A DNA stretch of 51,777 nucleotides, taken from the NCBI GenBank assembly GCA_018224385.1, contig JAGTVB010000058.1:1-51777 (forward strand), read 5' to 3'. The number at the start of each line of letters is the position of its first letter. The first letter of the stretch is position 1. This stretch comes from Gammaproteobacteria bacterium (GTDB lineage Bacteria; Pseudomonadota; Gammaproteobacteria; HK1). The notes under the pieces are model-generated. The model was not told the DNA's origin, did no database searches, and saw only the letters and a program-made list of their open reading frames with translations. The position numbers and the translations under genes are program-made. Below, in pieces: positions 46,603 to 51,777 of this stretch.

Positions 46603-47292
46603 CTAATGTTGGGCTTTGCTCCCCACCGGCTCAATCCCCTTGTGGGGGATGAACAGCCCACAGCCGATGGTGCGTCCCGGGCCCAGCCCTTGTTGCTGCA
46701 ATCGTACCGATTCTTCCGGATTGAGGCCCGCCACCATCACACTGCGGGTGAAGATGTTCTCTGTGGGGGTGGTGATGACATGGGCGATCCCACAGAGCAG
46801 CTTGCGCACGCGTACACCCATACCCGCAAGCTGGTCCGCAGCATATTCCACGAAGTGCAGTTCGTCCTGGTTCTCGGCGGTGATGACATAGCGGGCAAAC
46901 AGCGTCTCAATCGGGTTCAAGGACCGTACGCTCGGTAGTTGCACCTGCAGTGCGTGGCCGGCTATGTCGAGCGTTGCGCCGCTCAGCCGAGCGGCATCAT
47001 CGATGCGGTGTGCCGGGACGCGCAACGTCAACCGAGCGCGCCGGGAGAGGTGCAGGAGCGCTTGTCCGGAATCCTCGGGGCGCATCCAGCCATTGCCGGA
47101 GGCCGCGCCGTGGATAACATGAATGCCGGCACGCTCCTCGTCGCTTAACCAGGGGAGTTGTGTCAGGATCGCCGCGGACAGGGCGTGGGCGTGATCCAAC
47201 GGCAACATTCGACAGTCGATGCGAAACGACACATCGACAACGTCATGGGCAACCTCGGGTGCCACGGGCGGCGCGTCTTCTTGCCAGAACAT
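46603..47292 (-). CDS. Cas6/Cmx6-like RAMP protein, orphan (no CRISPR or other cas genes in the window)
   Basis: Matches the remembered Cmx6 pattern: LPLDHAHALSAAIL..LPWL......GIH.I.G...GNG, LTLRVPA.RI, LDIAGHAL, VMVAGL..EESVRLQQQGLGPGRTIGCGLFIPHK (C-terminal glycine-rich loop). The ATG at 47292 lies 2 nt after the upstream stop (TAA-CG-ATG). Confidence 0.65.
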   Translation of the reverse strand: MFWQEDAPPVAPEVAHDVVDVSFRIDCRMLPLDHAHALSAAILTQLPWLSDEERAGIHVIHGAASGNGWMRPEDSGQALLHLSRRARLTLRVPAHRIDDAARLSGATLDIAGHALQVQLPSVRSLNPIETLFARYVITAENQDELHFVEYAADQLAGMGVRVRKLLCGIAHVITTPTENIFTRSVMVAGLNPEESVRLQQQGLGPGRTIGCGLFIPHKGIEPVGSKAQH

Positions 47293-47294
47293 CG

Positions 47295-47999
47295 TTAGTT
47301 CACCGGTAACTTTTCTTGTAACGCCCTGCGATCGAACCACCACTGGTCTTGGACCAGCACGTCGACCACGTTGCGCAACCGCACGAGGAACTTGGCCGGA
47401 TCGTCGAGCTCCAAGCGCTTCACCCAAGCGTCAAACTCCGGCTGTTGGTTCACCTTGCTGTGTTGGCGAGCAACGGTTGCCAGCATGCGACTGGTGAAGA
47501 AGCCGAGATTTTCCCGCTCCTTGTCTTGCGCGCGCAGCGCCACGATGTAATGAGCGGCAGCGGCCGCCACCGCCGCGCCATCGGCATCCTTTGGCGTTTC
47601 ATGCACGACGTGCTGAAGCATGGCTACCGTCAGTTCCGGGTTAACGGGATAGGTCACCGACAGCCAAATGGCATGACCGAGGGCCACCAGGGAATCCGGT
47701 TGATCGGTCAAGAACAAGATTTCGCTCGCCTGGGTTGCGTGTTCCCACTGCTCCAAGCCAATCAAGCGATCAAATGCCTCTCGTGCTGGCCCCCACGCTT
47801 CGTTGCCTCTCTCCAGGTCCATCAGAACCCGCGCAATTTCCAACTGAAGTAGGGCTTGAGACAGCGGTGCCTGTGACTCTGGCGCCATTGATCGTTCGCG
47901 CAGTGCCGTCAGGCGCGATTCCAGCAGTGCTTTCGACTCCTGAAAATCGGACGCCAGCTCCTGGCTCGGAATTGCCGAGTCCGGTTTAAGATAGTTCAT
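47295..47999 (-). CDS. Hypothetical helical protein (234 aa)
   Basis: Clean ORF, translationally coupled to the Cas6-like gene. No domain recognised. Confidence 0.55.
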   Translation of the reverse strand: MNYLKPDSAIPSQELASDFQESKALLESRLTALRERSMAPESQAPLSQALLQLEIARVLMDLERGNEAWGPAREAFDRLIGLEQWEHATQASEILFLTDQPDSLVALGHAIWLSVTYPVNPELTVAMLQHVVHETPKDADGAAVAAAAAHYIVALRAQDKERENLGFFTSRMLATVARQHSKVNQQPEFDAWVKRLELDDPAKFLVRLRNVVDVLVQDQWWFDRRALQEKLPVN

Positions 48000-48047
48000 T
48001 GCGTTGGTGTCCCGCGCGTTGAGTAGATCCGTCGGCCCCCTAATTTC

Positions 48048-48287
48048 TTACCTAAATTTTTGCGACGTTGCAAACGTGCTTGGCAATGCGCTTGTCGGAG
48101 AGCTCAGATAGCCATTGAAAGCGCTCTCTAATCGATCCTCCCAGTTCTCTGGCGTGTCGGGGAAGGGGGGCTTGATGTCCATGCGAAAGAATCGCTCTGC
48201 CCTGGCACCCTCGCGCACGGCTTCGATCAACTCCGAAAACGAGGTCATGTCCGGTCGTTTCAGCAGGATTTCACTTAGATTAAGCAT
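48048..48287 (-). CDS. Hypothetical small protein (79 aa)
   Basis: The ATG at 48287 has GAGGGA 8 nt upstream. It sits between the TauD-like gene and the 234-aa gene on the same strand. Confidence 0.45.
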   Translation of the reverse strand: MLNLSEILLKRPDMTSFSELIEAVREGARAERFFRMDIKPPFPDTPENWEDRLESAFNGYLSSPTSALPSTFATSQKFR

Positions 48288-48382
48288 TTTTCAGATCCCT
48301 CACGTACCGCTCGGGAGCGCGGCGGCCTATGGGTAAGTCGCATAGCGCGATTTGACGGGCTGTGCTCGTGGCTACTCTCGCG

Positions 48383-49318
48383 CTACAGACGGGGCTGCCC
48401 GATGCGATCGAAATAGCGCGCTCGAAGAACGACGCGCTCTTTGCCTCCTGCTTTATCATCGGAGAAGGCTTCCCGCGTGTGTAATACATTGTTGCAGATG
48501 ATTCCCTCGCCCGGGTTAAGACGCACCCGCCGCATGTAGGGCAAATCGCTTGCGAGTAATTCCTCCAAGAACCCGATCGCCTTGCGGGTAAGCGCATCGT
48601 TGCGCCAGCGGATGGAACGGGTACGCGCCGTATAGCGCATGTGCAGGGTTCCATCTTGGTCATTGACTGAGAACACCGGTCCCGATCGCTCCGGTCGCAA
48701 CAGACGACCGTTGTCACTGTGGCCCGGAATGGTCATGGCATCGGCTGCGCTTAGGGCGGCCAAGTACTCTGGATTTTCGTCCCGAATAAGGATGTACAGA
48801 ATTTCCGGGTCCAACAACGCATTGGCGCCGCCGATGGCCGCATCGCAGACGCAGTGCATGATTATGGCGCCAACTTGATGCGCCTGATCATTGTAGTATC
48901 CGTCCGTATGCCAGTTAAGGGCCCGATCGGAATAAGGAATGTATTCGTGGGGCCTACCTTCTGCAACAACGCGGATCGCCGCGATACCGTCTTCGTCGGC
49001 GCATAGGTTTTGATCGAGCCGAATCAGCCCGAGCTGTCGTCCCAGAGCGCGCACCATGCGTTTGCTGTGGTGTGCGGAACTGCCAAGACGGTACACCGCC
49101 ATGTTGGCTTTGCGGCAAATCGCGGTCAGCGACTCGTGTTCCGCCGAGGTAAGGGCATAGGGATCGGCGATGTCGATCTGCAACGGCTGGGGCGTTGGCG
49201 GGTAGTCGCGGAGCTTCTCCGTGCGCCAGCGCGCATAGGCGGTGTGGTTGGTCAAACGAAAGGGAGTTTCGCTTGCCGTTGTCTGCGCTGAGCGCTGAGT
49301 GCTCGATATCGGTACCAT
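48383..49318 (-). CDS. TauD/TfdA-family Fe(II)/2OG dioxygenase
   Basis: HxD (NWHTDGYY), a distal His (NNVLHTREAF) and an Arg near the C-terminus. Length is about 311 aa. Confidence 0.75.
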   Translation of the reverse strand: MVPISSTQRSAQTTASETPFRLTNHTAYARWRTEKLRDYPPTPQPLQIDIADPYALTSAEHESLTAICRKANMAVYRLGSSAHHSKRMVRALGRQLGLIRLDQNLCADEDGIAAIRVVAEGRPHEYIPYSDRALNWHTDGYYNDQAHQVGAIIMHCVCDAAIGGANALLDPEILYILIRDENPEYLAALSAADAMTIPGHSDNGRLLRPERSGPVFSVNDQDGTLHMRYTARTRSIRWRNDALTRKAIGFLEELLASDLPYMRRVRLNPGEGIICNNVLHTREAFSDDKAGGKERVVLRARYFDRIGQPRL

Positions 49319-49560
49319 GCGTGATCCGCAAGCCTGTTCACAGGGTTAAAGTTCTATGATACTGTATTTTAGAATAGTCTGAATTACTAAAGGATTTGCG
49401 GTACGAAATTGTTGAAAACGATTCTGTACAGCCGCAGGCTTGCCCTGCAAGGGCGAGTCCCGGGGACGGGGCGCGTGAAGCGCAGTGTACCGGAGAGTGT
49501 CTGAGGATTTCGAGCCGGCGCGCGACGCTGCCAGCACGCGCCAGGTTTTGATACATTCTC

Positions 49561-49580
49561 TTCGATCAATTTCGATCAAT
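49561..49580. repeat. Perfect tandem duplication TTCGATCAAT x2 in the dsrA / TauD-operon divergent control region
   Basis: Read directly: ttcgatcaat ttcgatcaat gatgcgatcgg, with a third CGATC core following. It lies about 257 nt upstream of the dsrA ATG. Confidence 0.6.
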
Positions 49581-49836
49581 GATGCGATCGGAAAGCAGTA
49601 AGGGCTCTACACCTTCGCCTTTGATGTTGTATCCCATTAGAGATAAAGCGGGCGTTCATCGGCCTCCCATTCGGAGGGTAGGAAGGATAGTGTCGAATCC
49701 CTAGACTACGCGCTCTGAGTCTGAGAATGCGAATGATTTCATTTTCGAAACTGCGGCGCGTGGCTAGCGGTTCATGTAAGCAAACGGACGGTTACCAGGC
49801 GAAGCCCAATTTATTTGCTTTTAAGGAGATACGGTA

Positions 49837-51096
49837 ATGAAGAAGCATGATACCCCGATGCTCGATCAGCTCCAGGATGGCCCGTGGCCTAGCTTTATTT
49901 CAGGGATAAAGAAGCTGCGGGATGATCACCCGAGCGAGCGCATCAACGAGATGACCAATGATCTCCTAGGCCAGCTCGAGCATTCCTACGAGACCCGTAA
50001 GGGGTATTGGAAAGGTGGCACGGTCAGCGTCTATGGCTATGGCGGTGGCATCATTCCCCGCTTCTCCGAAGTCGGTCAAATGTTCCCGAAATCGCGAGAG
50101 TTTCATACGCTGCGCGTGCAGCCGCCCGCGGGCAACTTCTATACCACCGACATCCTGCGCAAGCTGGCAGACAGCTGGGAAAAGTGGGGGTCGGGCTTAG
50201 TCACTTTTCATGGCCAGACCGGCAACATCATGTTTATCGGGACGACCACCGAGAACACGCAACACTTCTTCGACGAGATCAACGATTACGGGTGGGATCT
50301 CGGCGGTGCCGGTCCGTGCGTGCGCACATCGATGTCGTGTGTGGGCTCGGCCCGGTGCGAGCAATCGTGCGCCAACGAACACAAGATTCACCGCACGCTT
50401 GTCAACAATTTTACCGATGATGTGCATCGGCCGGCGCTGCCTTACAAGTTCAAGTTCAAAGTCTCGGGCTGCCCGAACGACTGCGTGAATTCCATTGAGA
50501 GGGCGGACTTCGCGGTTATCGGCACGTGGCGGGATGACATGAAAGTAGACCAAGAGGCTTTCAAGGAATATCTCGTCAAGAAGGGGCGCAAGTATATCAT
50601 CGACAACGTGATCACCCGTTGCCCGACCAATGCGCTTTCGCTCAATGACGATGACACCATCGCGGTAGACAATCGCAATTGTGTGCGCTGCATGCACTGC
50701 CTCAACGTCATGCCTAAGGCCCTGTCCCCAGGCGATGACAAGGGTGTTAGCATCCTCATCGGTGGCAAGCGTACGCTCAAGATCGGTGATTTGTTCGGTA
50801 CGGTGGTGGTGCCGTTCATGAAGCTCGAATCGGAAGAGGATTACGAGCAGCTGGTGGAGATGGCTGAGAATACGATTGACTTCTTCTCGGAAAACGCGCT
50901 CGAGCACGAGCGAATCGGTGAAACCATCGAGCGTATTGGGCTGGTTAACTTCCTAGAGGGCATTGGCCTTGAGGTCGATCCCCACATGGTGGCGCATCCG
51001 CGCGAGAGTTCCTATGTCCGTATGGATACTTGGGACGAGGAAGCCGAAAAGTGGTTTCAGCGCAAGGCGGAGGAGAAGCAAGCCGCCGGGGCATGA
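49837..51096 (+). CDS. dsrA: Dissimilatory sulfite reductase alpha subunit (reverse/oxidative type)
   Basis: AAGGAG RBS. Siroheme/Fe-S motifs CVRTSMSCVGSARC, a ferredoxin-like insert CPNDC...CPTNAL...CVRCMHC, and full-length similarity to DsrA of sulfur oxidisers. Confidence 0.9.
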   Translation: MKKHDTPMLDQLQDGPWPSFISGIKKLRDDHPSERINEMTNDLLGQLEHSYETRKGYWKGGTVSVYGYGGGIIPRFSEVGQMFPKSREFHTLRVQPPAGNFYTTDILRKLADSWEKWGSGLVTFHGQTGNIMFIGTTTENTQHFFDEINDYGWDLGGAGPCVRTSMSCVGSARCEQSCANEHKIHRTLVNNFTDDVHRPALPYKFKFKVSGCPNDCVNSIERADFAVIGTWRDDMKVDQEAFKEYLVKKGRKYIIDNVITRCPTNALSLNDDDTIAVDNRNCVRCMHCLNVMPKALSPGDDKGVSILIGGKRTLKIGDLFGTVVVPFMKLESEEDYEQLVEMAENTIDFFSENALEHERIGETIERIGLVNFLEGIGLEVDPHMVAHPRESSYVRMDTWDEEAEKWFQRKAEEKQAAGA

Positions 51097-51208
51097 TGGC
51101 CGTACGGGGTTAGTTTCCTGAAGACACGAAGGGGGGCATCGCCGCGCGCCGGAGAGACCCCTCAGGAATAAGTACAGCGATTTCAGGCGAATTTTGGAGG
51201 TTAGGAGT

Positions 51209-51777
51209 ATGGCCCAGATGCAGCAGCGGACGCCGATTGAAAGCGGCTGTCCGGATGGTTTTCAGTATATGCATCCCGTCATGTTGAAAAACTTCGGGCA
51301 ATGGAAGTACCACGAGGATCCGCGCCCCGGGGTGTTGCGCCACGTGGCGCACAGCGGCGAAGAAATTTGGACCGTGCGGGCGGGAACACAGCGCATCCTC
51401 GACGTGTTTACGCTGCGTAAACTTTGCGAGATTGGAGACAAGTACGCCGACGGGCACGTGCGGTTTACCATCCGCAGCAACATGGAATTCATGGTGGCAG
51501 ACGCCACTAAGGTGGAGCCGTTAGTCGCGGCTTTGGAGCAAGCAGGGTTTGTCGTCGGTGGGACGCGAAACTCCGTTGCCATGATCTCCCACACTCAGGG
51601 ATGGTTGCACTGCGATATTCCGGGAACCGACGCCTCCGGCGTGGTGAAGGCGATGATGGACGAGCTCCACGAAGAGTTTAAGACGTGGAACATGCCCAAT
51701 CGCGTGCACATGACCACTTCCTGTTGTCAAATCAATTGCGGCGGGCAAGGTGACATCGCCATCAACATACAGCACAC
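51209..51777 (+). CDS. dsrB: Dissimilatory sulfite reductase beta subunit, 5' partial (runs off the window)
   Basis: The ATG at 51209 follows GGAGG/AGGAG. The translation is MAQMQQRTPIESGCPDGFQYMHPVMLKNFGQWKYHE...GWLHCDIPGTDASG...TSCCQINCGGQGD, typical of DsrB. It is absent from the ORF track because there is no stop codon before the window end. Confidence 0.85.
   Translation, partial: MAQMQQRTPIESGCPDGFQYMHPVMLKNFGQWKYHEDPRPGVLRHVAHSGEEIWTVRAGTQRILDVFTLRKLCEIGDKYADGHVRFTIRSNMEFMVADATKVEPLVAALEQAGFVVGGTRNSVAMISHTQGWLHCDIPGTDASGVVKAMMDELHEEFKTWNMPNRVHMTTSCCQINCGGQGDIAINIQH

Noticed and set aside
47293-47427. 45-aa N-terminal extension of the Cas6-like ORF
   Set aside because: It overlaps the 3' end of the 234-aa gene. 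The Met at 47292 sits 2 nt after that gene's stop, and the homologous region starts there.

Overview
GC-rich chromosomal window with about 45 credible protein genes. I found no rRNA or tRNA, no transposase or integrase, and no CRISPR array. The gene content fits a gammaproteobacterial sulfur oxidiser (inference). The window ends in an oxidative-type dsrA and the 5' part of dsrB, and it also carries a DsrS-like gene, a DsrC/TusE-like gene, a rhodanese and an Atm1-type ABC exporter.

Left to right:
- 133-7160: a cAMP-type signalling module, made of a FecR/TPR/outer-membrane barrel protein, a CHASE2 nucleotidyl cyclase and a Crp-family regulator.
- 7380-10446: a LuxR/LuxI quorum-sensing locus with a good lux box, a translationally coupled orphan ORF and an NYN-domain gene.
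- 11121-15129: two inverted paralogous small RHH-like genes bracketing pyruvate kinase and a PAS-GGDEF-EAL gene.
- 15419-35000: a 1250-aa fused GltD-like/PyrK-like oxidoreductase, then housekeeping genes (DUF1134, ybbA/ybbP-like ABC, tesA-like, aminopeptidase, comB-like, SDR, yjbQ-like, ubiX, mpl, rhodanese, Atm1-like ABC, hslR).
- 36376-41118: an operon MoxR-type AAA+ / VWA-metallopeptidase / DsrS-like / ferredoxin-reductase.
- 41176-45955: poorly characterised genes, including two 2OG-Fe(II) oxygenases and a CCAEP-tail radical SAM protein.
- 46214-49318: a five-gene operon divergent from dsrAB that encodes a TauD-like dioxygenase, two unknowns, an orphan Cas6/Cmx6-like RAMP protein and a cysteine-less DsrC/TusE homologue.

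The best candidates for an undescribed system are the Cas6-like/DsrC-like operon next to dsrAB and the MoxR-VWA-DsrS operon. Two dispersed intergenic repeat families are also visible. All calls rest on reading the ORF translations and the DNA by eye. Start codons are best guesses and no database search was run.
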